Shown piece after piece: positions 9,149 to 18,824 of a stretch of 64,000 nucleotides of DNA (within the stretch, counting starts at the first letter, position 1; each line of letters starts with the position of its first letter). The position numbers and the translations under genes were made by a program. The stretch covers positions 1,656 through 65,655 of the IMG/VR virus record IMGVR_UViG_3300028025_004842. One strand, given 5' to 3'. Origin of the DNA: a virus. Lineage: Duplodnaviria > Caudoviricetes. Under the pieces are notes generated by a model, which saw only the letters and a list, made by a program, of their open reading frames with translations, made no database searches and was not told the origin of the DNA.

Positions 9149-9403
9149 ATGGCATATATATACGACATCAATCTATTCTATTGGGATAAAGAAACCAATA
9201 CGTTTAGTGTGAATAATGATTCGCTATTCACTGCGGAACACGCACAAGCGCATCCGAATCAGAGAAGACAATTTTATATTTTAAACCAAAAGACAGGCAA
9301 TAGTATGAGATTCAGACTTTCAGATGTTAATGAAGATAGTCTTATCTTTAAGTCAGAAGATGACTTAACCGCCGTCATAAAACTAAATAACTATGGAAGA
9401 TGA
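9149..9403 (+). CDS. Hypothetical protein
   Basis: ATG ORF. Confidence 0.6.
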   Translation: MAYIYDINLFYWDKETNTFSVNNDSLFTAEHAQAHPNQRRQFYILNQKTGNSMRFRLSDVNEDSLIFKSEDDLTAVIKLNNYGR

Positions 9404-9602
9404 CCACTACATTCCTTGGCATCCTGCTTATGAGGACGAACCTATCCTATGCTCATATTGTGAAGGCACTGGGATTACAGAATCAACATTTGCTGATGAG
9501 GAAACAAATGAAGTAATTATTGAGCATGATCCATGCACTGCGTGTAAGGGAACAGGTATAGAGCCTGATGCTGAACGTGATTGGGACGAAGACCCATATT
9601 AA
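9393..9602 (+). CDS. DnaJ-type zinc-finger protein
   Basis: CSYCEGTG and CTACKGTG repeats. Confidence 0.7.
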   Translation: MEDDHYIPWHPAYEDEPILCSYCEGTGITESTFADEETNEVIIEHDPCTACKGTGIEPDAERDWDEDPY

Positions 9603-9663
9603 TATTTTAATTGTTTTTCAATTATTTAATACCTATTTTTGCGTCAAACTTAAACCAATCAAT

Positions 9664-10008
9664 ATGGACACAATTCAAATATCATCTGATGTATTCGCAG
9701 GAATGTGCGTTGCATTAACAATCTTAACGTGCGTATGTGGATTCATCTTTATGGATTTACGTAGAGAGAAGATGCGTAGAACCTCAACAGAAGCAGCATA
9801 CGCATCTGTAAATGGAGCGCTATCAGAAATCAAGCAGCAAGAGAAATACTGGCGTGATAGCTTTGCTAAATTAACCATCGAGAAGGATGAGCTTAACAAG
9901 GCTATCATTGATGCTAACGAACACATGGCGAAAGAAATCAAACGTCAAGAGCGTAAGATGAATAGAGCTAAACGTCTTTCTGAATCTACATTAACTAAGG
10001 ACGTATGA
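9664..10008 (+). CDS. Membrane-anchored coiled-coil protein
   Basis: ATG at 9664 downstream of a TATTTTTG promoter (9634-9641); one TM segment then coiled coil. Confidence 0.6.
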   Translation: MDTIQISSDVFAGMCVALTILTCVCGFIFMDLRREKMRRTSTEAAYASVNGALSEIKQQEKYWRDSFAKLTIEKDELNKAIIDANEHMAKEIKRQERKMNRAKRLSESTLTKDV

Positions 10009-10271
10009 CTAGTATCATTGAATTATTAGAACACGACTTCCCGAATCCTACTAAGATATTAATCTGTAGGGCAGCACTTGGCTTATCACAGAAAGACTTA
10101 TCGTTGTTGTGTAATCTAACACAAGCGCAGATTAGTACGTTTGAAGCTGGCAAGACGAAGCATATATCCCTATCGGTATTTAATAAGATGGTGGAGGGTA
10201 TGTTGAGGTATGAACGTAAGCTAGATAGGAAGAGATTCAGAGAGGAATCTGTATCTTTGGAGAATGATTAA
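10005..10271 (+). CDS. XRE/Cro-type HTH regulator
   Basis: RAALGLSQKDLS...TQAQISTFEAGKT. Confidence 0.8.
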   Translation: MTSIIELLEHDFPNPTKILICRAALGLSQKDLSLLCNLTQAQISTFEAGKTKHISLSVFNKMVEGMLRYERKLDRKRFREESVSLEND

Positions 10272-10881
10272 CAGAGAAAGAACATTGGTTGTAATTATAT
10301 GCGCCATACTACTTGGTGTCATATTCCTATTGACGTTGGAACGTAATGCGTGGAAGCACAAAGCTATAATCGCTAATGAGAACTATGAAGCACAGCTTCT
10401 CTCATCAAAGAAATTAGCTAATGGACATACACGTACGTTACTATTGACAGAAGACCAATTTAAAGAGCGTGAAGGAGCTTATCTCGACAGCATCAATAAA
10501 CTATCGGACGATAAGATTAAACTCGCTCACGTTCTTCGCTTGACGAAATTCGAACTAAGCAAGAAGCAACAGACAAGAGTGGAATGGAGGGATAGTTTGA
10601 TTGCAGGAGATACAGTACGTATTGGACGTAGTGTTGCTGTAAGAGATAGCTGCCTTTCTATTAATATCTTCGAACCCGAAGGAAGCGATACAGTGTACGT
10701 TGACCTACAACTTGACATACAAGCAAGTGTTATAGTGTACGAGGGTAAGAGAACGAATCAAGTAAAGCTATTCGGACTTAATCTATTCCGCTATGGTAAG
10801 CGTACTACATCTGCTAAGATGAATACCAATTGCGAGAATGCGTCCATCATTATTGATGACGTAGAAATCATAAACAAGTAA
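10264..10881 (+). CDS. Putative spanin-like (Rz-type) membrane protein
   Basis: N-terminal TM segment, coiled coil and beta-rich C-terminus as in Bacteroidota phage lysis accessory proteins. Confidence 0.5.
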   Translation: MINRERTLVVIICAILLGVIFLLTLERNAWKHKAIIANENYEAQLLSSKKLANGHTRTLLLTEDQFKEREGAYLDSINKLSDDKIKLAHVLRLTKFELSKKQQTRVEWRDSLIAGDTVRIGRSVAVRDSCLSINIFEPEGSDTVYVDLQLDIQASVIVYEGKRTNQVKLFGLNLFRYGKRTTSAKMNTNCENASIIIDDVEIINK

Positions 10882-10938
10882 TTTTAATCACCACTCATTC
10901 AAGGCATTGCGTAATTATTAATAATTATTATGCGATGC

Positions 10939-10971
10939 TTTGCTATAGGTATTAATATTCAACTAAATTTG
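10939..10971 (+). promoter_or_regulatory. Bacteroidota sigma70 promoter (-33 TTTG / -7 TAAATTTG)
   Basis: TTTG 10939-10942 and TAAATTTG 10964-10971 upstream of the 10993 operon. Confidence 0.65.
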
Positions 10972-10992
10972 TAACCAATTAATCTTAATCAC

Positions 10993-11298
10993 ATGATAAA
11001 AACAGTAACAATGTATTGTATTTCAGAACAGGGAACTGAACTGGAGTATGGAGAGGTGTATGATGGAGAGTTCTACGGAACGTATTTTCACACCAACGGC
11101 AGCAGGTATTCTGCTGACAGATTCTCAACAGCGAAGCCTCCAACAGGTAAGCCTATGAACTTAAAGCCGAAAGGTGATGTATCATCTATTGCTTCTAACG
11201 CTCCTCATTGGGGTAAGGTGAAGCGCTATGCTGAACTATCTAAGAAGCATAAATGTGAAGCGTATTTTGTTGAACTACTAACAGAAGGATTGTTATGA
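10993..11298 (+). CDS. Hypothetical protein
   Basis: First ORF after the promoter. Confidence 0.6.
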   Translation: MIKTVTMYCISEQGTELEYGEVYDGEFYGTYFHTNGSRYSADRFSTAKPPTGKPMNLKPKGDVSSIASNAPHWGKVKRYAELSKKHKCEAYFVELLTEGLL

Positions 11299-11570
11299 TG
11301 TTCGTATTCGCACTTGTATCGGGAGAGGAATACTTCCGCATAGACTACGCTCGTAAGCAAATGATTAGCGTGTACAAGCACAAAGACCAATTTGGTATTC
11401 GTATTCTAACAGACTTTGCTGCTATCAAGACGTTAGTACATACGCTGCTAAGTGATAGCCCACAGTACAAGATTATCTCTGCTGCTGAATTCTTTGATGT
11501 GCATAACGACATCATTACAAAACTTGCCGAGGAGCAAGACATTTTATACAACGAACAATTTAATAACTAA
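11295..11570 (+). CDS. Hypothetical protein
   Basis: Coupled ORF. Confidence 0.6.
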   Translation: MMFVFALVSGEEYFRIDYARKQMISVYKHKDQFGIRILTDFAAIKTLVHTLLSDSPQYKIISAAEFFDVHNDIITKLAEEQDILYNEQFNN

Positions 11571-11582
11571 ATAAATAAATCC

Positions 11583-12341
11583 ATGAATCCATTTACAGCG
11601 CCTACGTCAGGCACAACATTCGAGAAAGAGCTGTTCCCCGCAGGAGCGCAAATTGCAGTATTGTACTCTATGGTACATTGCGGAAACCAAGAGCAAGGGG
11701 GTCAATTCCCAGGTGTCAAAGACACAATGCGTTTTACATTTGAATCGCCAACAGAACTACGTCAGTTCAAAGATGGTGAAGCAGAGAAGCCAATGGTTAT
11801 TGGTTGTAAGTTCACCCGTTCAATGAACGAGAAAGCAGGACTACGCAAGATGATTGAGGGTATATCAGGTAAGGCATTTGCTACTGATAAAGAAGCATCG
11901 TCTTATGACTTCCGTAATCTATTAGGTAAAGCGTGCATGATTAACGTGGTACACGAACCTTCTAAGGATGGCAGCAAGACTTACGCTAACATCAAATCGT
12001 TTATGCCTATTCCAAAAGGATTCCCATCTCCGATGGCTATCAATCCATTGGTATCTTACTCTCCATTGATGCACGATGCTGAATCATTTGCTATGCTTCC
12101 TGAATGGTTGCAAGATGAGATTAAGTTATCACCTGAGTTCATCGCTATGATGGATGCAGAAATGAATGGTTCGATTCCTACGCCTCCTGTTAATCCTTTG
12201 AGCAATGAGCGAACTGAGGTCGCTCCTGTATCATTTGATGAGGAGAAGAAAGCTGCTGCTAAACCAAAGAAGGCAGCAGAACCAAAGATTGATGATCTTC
12301 CATCTAGCTTCTTCGATGGAGCAGATACATTGGAATACTAA
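11583..12341 (+). CDS. ssDNA-binding/replication protein (NGO0469-like family)
   Basis: FE.PTE...PMVI.....SMNEKA.LRK, LLGKACMINV, YANI and LPEWLQ..I..S.EF motifs; acidic tail. Confidence 0.7.
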   Translation: MNPFTAPTSGTTFEKELFPAGAQIAVLYSMVHCGNQEQGGQFPGVKDTMRFTFESPTELRQFKDGEAEKPMVIGCKFTRSMNEKAGLRKMIEGISGKAFATDKEASSYDFRNLLGKACMINVVHEPSKDGSKTYANIKSFMPIPKGFPSPMAINPLVSYSPLMHDAESFAMLPEWLQDEIKLSPEFIAMMDAEMNGSIPTPPVNPLSNERTEVAPVSFDEEKKAAAKPKKAAEPKIDDLPSSFFDGADTLEY

Positions 12342-12392
12342 TATTAACTTATGGGAGGGGAGAACACTCCTCTCCCTTTAATAAACACACAG

Positions 12393-12806
12393 ATGAAACA
12401 CATAGTAGATGAAATAGCAGCTATGCTTATGGCTGTTGAAGATGGGAATGAGAACCCACTAAGAGCATACGTAGAACTAAAGAGAATAGAAAAGGTGGTT
12501 GAAGAATCAATCAAGCAAGTGTTCCCCGAAGCGCTAACAGAAGCATCCAAGTATTCTGAAAAGACATTCTCATTCAATGGAGCAGAGATAACTAAGAAGG
12601 CTAACCCTGGGCGTTGGGATTACAAATCATGTCCACGAGTAGAAGACGTAGCTGCGCAGTTAAAGGAAGCACAAGAGCAAGCTAAGGCAGCATACAACCA
12701 ATCACAGAAGGGCGCTCTCCTATTGGATGGTGACCAATGTGTAATTGAACCTGCTTCATATATGCACGGATCTGATAGCCTATCAATTAAAATCACTGCG
12801 CTATGA
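12393..12806 (+). CDS. Conserved phage protein
   Basis: G.ENPLRAYVELKRIEK and WDYK motifs; start moved past the hairpin at 12352-12376. Confidence 0.65.
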   Translation: MKHIVDEIAAMLMAVEDGNENPLRAYVELKRIEKVVEESIKQVFPEALTEASKYSEKTFSFNGAEITKKANPGRWDYKSCPRVEDVAAQLKEAQEQAKAAYNQSQKGALLLDGDQCVIEPASYMHGSDSLSIKITAL

Positions 12807-13168
12807 CGAGAGAAGAAGAAATCGCCGAAGAAGTTTACCAACAGCGTAAACGCTTCGCTGTAATGGAGAACCTAACGCTCTTTGATATGGCTGCTAAAGC
12901 ATGGTGGGGTGATTATGGTATGATGCCTGTCTCATATTTCGCTAAAGCTTATCGTGTAGATTTGCATAAGCTAACGATATTGATACAGAAACAGATGGCT
13001 GCTAGAGTTGATATGGAACTACCTAACACAGCTCCTAAGATTGAGATTGTGCATTCAGAACATGAACTTAAATATCACCCATCAGCATTCGCTGCTGAAC
13101 CACCTTATTCACTTGAACTATACTACTTCCTAAAATATGGATTTAAAGAAACCTCGATTGCAGGATGA
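12803..13168 (+). CDS. Hypothetical protein
   Basis: Coupled ORF. Confidence 0.6.
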   Translation: MTREEEIAEEVYQQRKRFAVMENLTLFDMAAKAWWGDYGMMPVSYFAKAYRVDLHKLTILIQKQMAARVDMELPNTAPKIEIVHSEHELKYHPSAFAAEPPYSLELYYFLKYGFKETSIAG

Positions 13169-13212
13169 TATTCCTCTTTCACAACGTAAATACGAAAAAA
13201 TACTAACGTGCA

Positions 13213-13659
13213 ATGGCGATAAGATTACAAAGAAAAGGAAGCGCATCATCTACGAAAAGAACGAGAGCGCCCAAAGCTAAGAACAAACTTGCACCAAGGG
13301 TGGCACGTACTCGTAACGGTGGCACTATGACCGAGGCTCAATTCTTTCAGAAGCTACGTGGCGCACTGCGTAGTGCATTCAGATGGTGGAAGCCTATGTC
13401 GATGGCATTGGATAACTCCAAGCGTGTACACAAAGGCTTAAACAAGAAGTTGAAGTATGAATATCAATGTGCCATATGCACAGAGTATTACGCTCGTACA
13501 GGTGTGGAGATTGACCACATCGTACCTTGTGGTACACTACGAAGCTTCGAGGATGTAGCTACGTTCATTGAACGCCTAACGCCGGAAGACCCGAAAGCAT
13601 TTCAAGTGCTATGTAAAGCATGTCATTTAAAGAAAACTAACGAAGAAAGAGGAAAATAA
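13213..13659 (+). CDS. HNH endonuclease
   Basis: YQCAIC...EIDHIVPCG...QVLCKACH.KKT. Confidence 0.85.
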   Translation: MAIRLQRKGSASSTKRTRAPKAKNKLAPRVARTRNGGTMTEAQFFQKLRGALRSAFRWWKPMSMALDNSKRVHKGLNKKLKYEYQCAICTEYYARTGVEIDHIVPCGTLRSFEDVATFIERLTPEDPKAFQVLCKACHLKKTNEERGK

Positions 13660-13661
13660 CT

Positions 13662-13934
13662 ATGAAACAACTAATCACAATGGCAGCGCTATTGACTGCC
13701 CTAACATCATGCGAAAAGGATTGTTACAATTTCAAGTGTTCACAGAACGTAATTACATACGATAGGTTCGGAACTGAATCATCTAACAGCGCTGGTTCTG
13801 TTGAGATAGACAAATGTGATTTCACCAAAAAGGACGCTAAGAACTTTATCAAGTCTATGAATGGTAAAACGACAACGAATGTTGGAAATATTAAAACAAC
13901 TGTTTCTACGAGTTGTAATATCGTAACACAATAA
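13662..13934 (+). CDS. Cys-rich lipoprotein (paralog of 5154..5444)
   Basis: LTALTS-C lipobox; shared Cys spacing. Confidence 0.75.
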   Translation: MKQLITMAALLTALTSCEKDCYNFKCSQNVITYDRFGTESSNSAGSVEIDKCDFTKKDAKNFIKSMNGKTTTNVGNIKTTVSTSCNIVTQ

Positions 13935-13938
13935 TATT

Positions 13939-14058
13939 TATATTTGCAATGTTCAGAGGTAGTATCCTGAATTAATGTAAAACATTGTCGCCCTATGGTG
14001 ACTGCGAGGTGGAGATCATATCAAAGCCGATACTACCGCAGTCCTCATAGGGTTTTTT
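13939..14058 (+). ncRNA. Promoter plus structured leader/attenuator RNA upstream of the replication operon
   Basis: TATATTTG 13939-13946; long stem 13991-14006/14037-14052 followed by T6; GGTAGTATC (13958-13966) is the reverse complement of GATACTACC (14029-14037). Confidence 0.6.
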
Positions 14059-14064
14059 ATTGTT

Positions 14065-14262
14065 ATGAATAAGAAACAAAATGAATTGATTAAGAAGTAT
14101 TGCTTGTTTAAAATATATGCAAGCCATTGCGCTAACGATAATCCCGAAGATGCTCGTGAGGAGATATATGAAGAACTTATAAATGTATCTAAGGTTCGAT
14201 TGCTAGAAAAGGCAATAAGATATGATGAGGCATCACGACATAATCCATTTAAAAATGTTTGA
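14065..14262 (+). CDS. Hypothetical protein
   Basis: ATG directly after the leader. Confidence 0.55.
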   Translation: MNKKQNELIKKYCLFKIYASHCANDNPEDAREEIYEELINVSKVRLLEKAIRYDEASRHNPFKNV

Positions 14263-14947
14263 TTACTTCAACGGATTTTGGAAATGGGTTAGCGATAATC
14301 CTGATAAGGTTGACCCTTCTCTTTGCGCTGTGTATTTCGCTTTATTAAACAGAGCAAATAAGACTGGGTGGAAAGATAGCTTTGCTATTATCCTAATCGA
14401 CCTTCAAGAAGATTGTGGTATATGTTCTAGGACAACAATGCTAAAAGTTATTTCTAAATTAGAGGAGTATGGGTTCGTTGAAACAATTTCAAAGACGAAT
14501 AATCAATACAAGAATAGAGTTATACGCCTTCCATTAAATGGAAAGCACGTGGAAAGCACTTGGATACCACTTGAAAAGCACGTGGAAACTACTTGGACAC
14601 ATAATAAGACTATTAAAGACAATAAAGAATATAAAGATAATACTGCTAAAGCAGATAAATCAAATTTCAAAAATTGGACTAAGGAAGAATTTCAACAAGA
14701 CATAACTAAGAATCATGGCAATCATGACCACGATATGATTAAAGCATTTTATAAATATTGGAAAGAGTTGGATGGTAAAGGTAAAATGAGATTTCAATTA
14801 GAGAAAACTTGGGAAACAAATCTTCGATTAGCAAGATGGAAGAAATTCAATTCCTCCTCAAATCTTTCTTTTGAAAAAAATAAGAATGGGGCGGCGGCCT
14901 CGCCGAACACATTCAGTCGCGCATCAAACGGATTACAAATCAAATAA
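14255..14947 (+). CDS. Replication initiator (lambda O/DnaD-like wHTH)
   Basis: N-terminal wHTH (AVYFALL...KLEEYGFV), internal iterons, C-terminal FYKYW...MRFQLEKTWE...RL..W; directly precedes DnaB. Confidence 0.8.
   Translation: MFDYFNGFWKWVSDNPDKVDPSLCAVYFALLNRANKTGWKDSFAIILIDLQEDCGICSRTTMLKVISKLEEYGFVETISKTNNQYKNRVIRLPLNGKHVESTWIPLEKHVETTWTHNKTIKDNKEYKDNTAKADKSNFKNWTKEEFQQDITKNHGNHDHDMIKAFYKYWKELDGKGKMRFQLEKTWETNLRLARWKKFNSSSNLSFEKNKNGAAASPNTFSRASNGLQIK
14539..14640. repeat. Iteron array and AT-rich tract: putative replication origin
   Basis: About 5.5 tandem 11-bp units TGGAAAGCAC(G/T) at 14539-14600, then TAAAGA repeats, inside the initiator gene as in lambda ori. Confidence 0.75.
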
Positions 14948-14950
14948 GCT

Positions 14951-16342
14951 ATGAGAAACGTAACAACAGAACAAGCCATCCTTGGCGTACTACTATCACC
15001 AGGAGATCACTTCCGTGATATCATCCCACAATTACACGTCAATCTATTCACTGACGAATTCTGTATCAAAGTGTTCAGAGTGATAGAAGCGCTGTTTAAA
15101 GAAGGGAAAACACCCAACCTGATTAACCTAATCACTAAGGGTAAAGCAATGGATTTAATATCACAATTGGATATCCATAAGATTACCGTATGGACTACAG
15201 CCATCACATACAACGAACCCGTTAACGAATACGTTGATGAGTTGAAGGATGAACATATCAAACGGCAGATAGCATTAGTCATTGCACAAGAATCTATGGG
15301 GCTATTGGAGAATAAGTCGGGGTCTGATATTGCTATGAGCATTGGTAATAAGATGACAGAACTCCTCGACACGAATTCCAGCAGCGACAATCTAATCACG
15401 CTTGCAGAACTAACGAGCGATGAGAGGGAATTATACTACAAGCGTTCAGAACTATACAAGAGTGGTAAGACATCGGGAATGGAAACGGGTGTTGGTAGCA
15501 TTAACAAATACACGGGCGGATGGCAGAACGAATTTATCATCATTGCTGCTCGTCCAAGTATGGGTAAGACGGCATTAGCGTTGTTTCATGGCGTTAAGAG
15601 TGGGCAGCCTGGTATATACTTCAACCTAGAGATGAACAAGAGCCAACTAACGCAGCGATTGATTCTACAGCATACTGACAACATCGTTGGTTCGCATCTT
15701 CGTGATGGAACACTAACGAAGGATGAGATGATGGAGTTTGAGCGTACCATTGGTAAGATTGAGAATGTTCCATTTATGATTTACGACAAGGCACGCTGCG
15801 GTGTACATCAGGCAGTACGTGTAATGAAACAACAGCATCGCAAGGGGAAATGTAATTGGGCAATCATTGATTACTTGCAGTTGATGACGTTGGAAGGTAA
15901 CAAGGGGAACAACAGAGAGAATGAGATTGCTGAGATTAGTAGGATACTACGTTCAGCGCAGAAGGAATTAAACATTCCCATCATTGCATTGGCGCAGTTG
16001 AATAGAGATTGTGAGAAGCGTCCCGATAAGAAACCTTTGCTATCTGACCTACGTGAATCGGGTTCATTAGAACAAGATGCTGATACAGTAGCATTCATCT
16101 ATCGCCCTGCGTACTATGGATTACAGAAGGATGATGGAACACCATACACCAACGAGATATTCTATCTATTCGAGAAGCACAGACACGGAGCAACGGGGTC
16201 GGTGGAGTTCAGACACAACTACAACCTAAGTCAGTTCTTCGCTATCAATGACTACGCAACACCACTACCTGTACCAACAGCACCAACTAACTTCAGTAAC
16301 TTTACCGATGCATCTTGGATGAGAGATGACGATTTAATATAA
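14951..16342 (+). CDS. dnaB: Replicative DnaB-like helicase
   Basis: AARPSMGKT, IIDYLQL, LAQLNR, DLRESGSLEQDAD and KHRHG motifs. Confidence 0.95.
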   Translation: MRNVTTEQAILGVLLSPGDHFRDIIPQLHVNLFTDEFCIKVFRVIEALFKEGKTPNLINLITKGKAMDLISQLDIHKITVWTTAITYNEPVNEYVDELKDEHIKRQIALVIAQESMGLLENKSGSDIAMSIGNKMTELLDTNSSSDNLITLAELTSDERELYYKRSELYKSGKTSGMETGVGSINKYTGGWQNEFIIIAARPSMGKTALALFHGVKSGQPGIYFNLEMNKSQLTQRLILQHTDNIVGSHLRDGTLTKDEMMEFERTIGKIENVPFMIYDKARCGVHQAVRVMKQQHRKGKCNWAIIDYLQLMTLEGNKGNNRENEIAEISRILRSAQKELNIPIIALAQLNRDCEKRPDKKPLLSDLRESGSLEQDADTVAFIYRPAYYGLQKDDGTPYTNEIFYLFEKHRHGATGSVEFRHNYNLSQFFAINDYATPLPVPTAPTNFSNFTDASWMRDDDLI

Positions 16343-16578
16343 TGGAAAAGCAGTTAGCCGATAAGATAATTCACACAATGAATAATAGCCTCCCTGAGAG
16401 CGTATCTATAACTTGGAGACACATTCGTATACCTGACGTTAGAAAGACGTTTATATCGCACCGCAACTACCTTAATCACGCTAACGTAGAGAGTAGAGTA
16501 TATGAATCTTACTTGGAGGAATGTTATTTCTTATTGAAATTGATTAAACTACGTAATGTAAAATTGGAATCAGTATGA
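16342..16578 (+). CDS. Hypothetical protein
   Basis: TAATG-coupled ORF. Confidence 0.6.
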   Translation: MEKQLADKIIHTMNNSLPESVSITWRHIRIPDVRKTFISHRNYLNHANVESRVYESYLEECYFLLKLIKLRNVKLESV

Positions 16579-17012
16579 AAGTTACTATTACCACAAGCGT
16601 TGTAAACGGAAAGATGACAAGTAACAGAGAGTTGCTTGCAAAGACAATGGCTTCATTCGAAGGAATGGATGTGGATATTACAATAGAGAAGCACAGAAGG
16701 AAGCGTAGCAATCCACAGAATAGTTATCTGCATGGGGCTGTGCTTCCAATCATACGCAACAGATTAATAGAGCTGGGCATCAACGAAGCGCAGAGTAAGG
16801 AGTGGGTGTTTGATTTCGTCAAAGCCAATTGCCTCGTTACAGAAATTGTAAACACGGAAACAGGTGAGGTATTGAAATCACTTGGAAAGAGTTCGGCTCT
16901 CGCTACGTGGGAGTTCAACGAATTCATTGAGCGCATACAGCAATACTGCTCCGATAAACTATCACTATACATCCCAAATCCTGGGGAATACTTAACATTA
17001 TCACTCGACTAA
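16575..17012 (+). CDS. NinB/DUF1367-like protein
   Basis: KRSNPQNSYLHG...SSAL...EFNEFIE.I...IP.P. Confidence 0.7.
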   Translation: MKVTITTSVVNGKMTSNRELLAKTMASFEGMDVDITIEKHRRKRSNPQNSYLHGAVLPIIRNRLIELGINEAQSKEWVFDFVKANCLVTEIVNTETGEVLKSLGKSSALATWEFNEFIERIQQYCSDKLSLYIPNPGEYLTLSLD

Positions 17013-17016
17013 CACT

Positions 17017-18255
17017 ATGAACGTACTCTCATTATTTGACGGGATGTCTTGCGGAAGGCAAGCGCTCGAAAGAGCAGGATTTAAAGTTGATAAATACTTT
17101 GCATCCGAAATTGACAAATATGCCATTCAAGTTGCGATGGCTAACTACCCCGATACGATACAGCTAGGCACTGTTGTAGATGTCGATGGATATGCATTAC
17201 CACAGATTGATTTACTTATTGGAGGAAGTCCTTGCCAATCATTCTCATTTGCAGGAAAACGAAATGGAATGACCACATTATGTGAGCAGGAGATATTGAC
17301 ACTTGAACATTACCTTGAACTAAAAAAGGAAGGATTCGAGTTTGAGGGACAATCGTATTTGTTTTGGGAGTTCATGCGCTTACTCAATGAGGTGAAGCCT
17401 AAATATTTTATGCTAGAGAACGTAGAGATGGGAGAGAAATGGGAGAAGGTTCTTCGCCACGCCATTCAAGTTCCTGCCTTACACATCAACTCTGCCCTTG
17501 TTAGCGCACAGAATAGAAAGAGAGTGTATTTCACAAACATAGGAATGCAGCCAATGGGATTGTTCGGTGACTTGGAAAGCATCATACAGCAACCAAAGGA
17601 CAAGAAAGTACTGCTTAAGGATATATTGGAAGAAGACGTTGATGAGAAGTATTTCCTTAGTGACAAGATGATTAATTGGCTTGACAAGCACGCTGAGAAA
17701 CGTAATGTCGATGTTAAGAAGTTAGATGGAAGCACTAAGACTGCGTGCTTAACTGCTACAGCACAGACTAAAGGAAACCTAACAACATATTACGTAATCC
17801 ATAATACACAGAAGAGAAGCGCTGACAGACCAAGCATACAGAAGAATAAGAATGCAGGAGGCAGTGGTCATCTAAGCCGTGAGGATGGTAAGACATACTG
17901 CTTGGATACCGCTTGCACTATGGCTGTTGAAATTAAACTAAAGAAGCCCAACGTACAGATTCAAAAAACGATTGATAAGAATATATTCATCGAAGGAGAG
18001 GTAAAAGCGCTTGATTTCTACAATCAATCTAAGCATGATAAATGCCCAGCTTTAGCCAATCCATCTCACGGACACATAGGGCTATTTGCTCCAACATCGC
18101 GTATACGTAAATTAACTCCGCTAGAATGTAAAAGGCTTCAGACGGTGGCTGATGATTACATAATGCCTGTTAGTGATACGCAAATCTATAAGCAGTTAGG
18201 AAACGGATGGACTGTCGATGTTATCGCGCACATATTTTCGTATATGAAGTTTTAA
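17017..18255 (+). CDS. DNA (cytosine-5) methyltransferase
   Basis: LSLFDG, GGSPCQ, ENV, Q.R.R and YKQLGNGW motifs. Confidence 0.93.
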   Translation: MNVLSLFDGMSCGRQALERAGFKVDKYFASEIDKYAIQVAMANYPDTIQLGTVVDVDGYALPQIDLLIGGSPCQSFSFAGKRNGMTTLCEQEILTLEHYLELKKEGFEFEGQSYLFWEFMRLLNEVKPKYFMLENVEMGEKWEKVLRHAIQVPALHINSALVSAQNRKRVYFTNIGMQPMGLFGDLESIIQQPKDKKVLLKDILEEDVDEKYFLSDKMINWLDKHAEKRNVDVKKLDGSTKTACLTATAQTKGNLTTYYVIHNTQKRSADRPSIQKNKNAGGSGHLSREDGKTYCLDTACTMAVEIKLKKPNVQIQKTIDKNIFIEGEVKALDFYNQSKHDKCPALANPSHGHIGLFAPTSRIRKLTPLECKRLQTVADDYIMPVSDTQIYKQLGNGWTVDVIAHIFSYMKF

Positions 18256-18280
18256 GTATATTTGCATATAGCAATATACT

Positions 18281-18562
18281 ATGGCACGTAAAGCATCCAA
18301 AGCAATTCCGAAAACTACAACAGGAAAGAATAAGAACTATCTTCCTACATCGCAAGGAGCTGGAATGACAGCCAAGGGTAGAGCTGCTTACAACAAAGCT
18401 AACGGATCAAACTTAAAAGCACCTGCGCCTAACCCTAAGACTAAAAAGGATAAGGGACGTAGGAAATCATTCTGCGCTCGTATGTCCGGAGTACCAGGTC
18501 CAACATCTAAGGATGGTAAATTAACACGCAAGGGAGCTGCATTAAAGCGTTGGGCTTGTTGA
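18281..18562 (+). CDS. Small basic phage protein (DUF6321-like)
   Basis: GMTAKGRAAYN...GSNLKAP...RRKSFCARM; TATATTTG promoter at 18257-18264. Confidence 0.7.
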   Translation: MARKASKAIPKTTTGKNKNYLPTSQGAGMTAKGRAAYNKANGSNLKAPAPNPKTKKDKGRRKSFCARMSGVPGPTSKDGKLTRKGAALKRWAC

Positions 18563-18563
18563 T

Positions 18564-18794
18564 ATGACACGCAAGAAGCAGCAACAGATAATGGCTATCG
18601 CAAAACGCATCAAAGCGTTACGCATATCTATGAATCTAACACAACATCAAGCAGCAGAGATTATAACAAAGGCATCGGGAAAGCCATGCTCACAGACATT
18701 GGTATGTCAAATAGAATTAGGAAATAAATACATCAGCGAAGCGCAGGAAATCAGATTCATTACGGCATTAAAAAACCACCCAAAAATCGCATAA
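18564..18794 (+). CDS. XRE-type HTH protein
   Basis: RIKALRISMNLTQ...SQTLVCQIELG. Confidence 0.75.
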   Translation: MTRKKQQQIMAIAKRIKALRISMNLTQHQAAEIITKASGKPCSQTLVCQIELGNKYISEAQEIRFITALKNHPKIA

Positions 18795-18808
18795 ATCTGA
18801 GGGTGGTT
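18770..18808 (-). terminator. Terminator at the convergence of the + and - arms
   Basis: AACCACCC/GGGTGGTT stem with an adjacent A-run on + (T-run on -). Confidence 0.5.
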
Positions 18809-18824
18809 ATAAAGAACAAGGCAA

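Noticed and set aside
537-9433. 13-bp match ATCCTGCTTATGA at 537 and 9421
   Set aside because: Short, within unrelated ORFs and with no flanking similarity; likely chance.
12160-12190. GGTTCGATTCC resembling a tRNA T-loop
   Set aside because: No complete T-stem or cloverleaf, and it lies in frame within the 11583-12341 gene.
14539-14600. 11-bp tandem repeats as a novel repeat array
   Set aside because: Well explained as iterons inside a lambda-O-like initiator; recorded as a feature.
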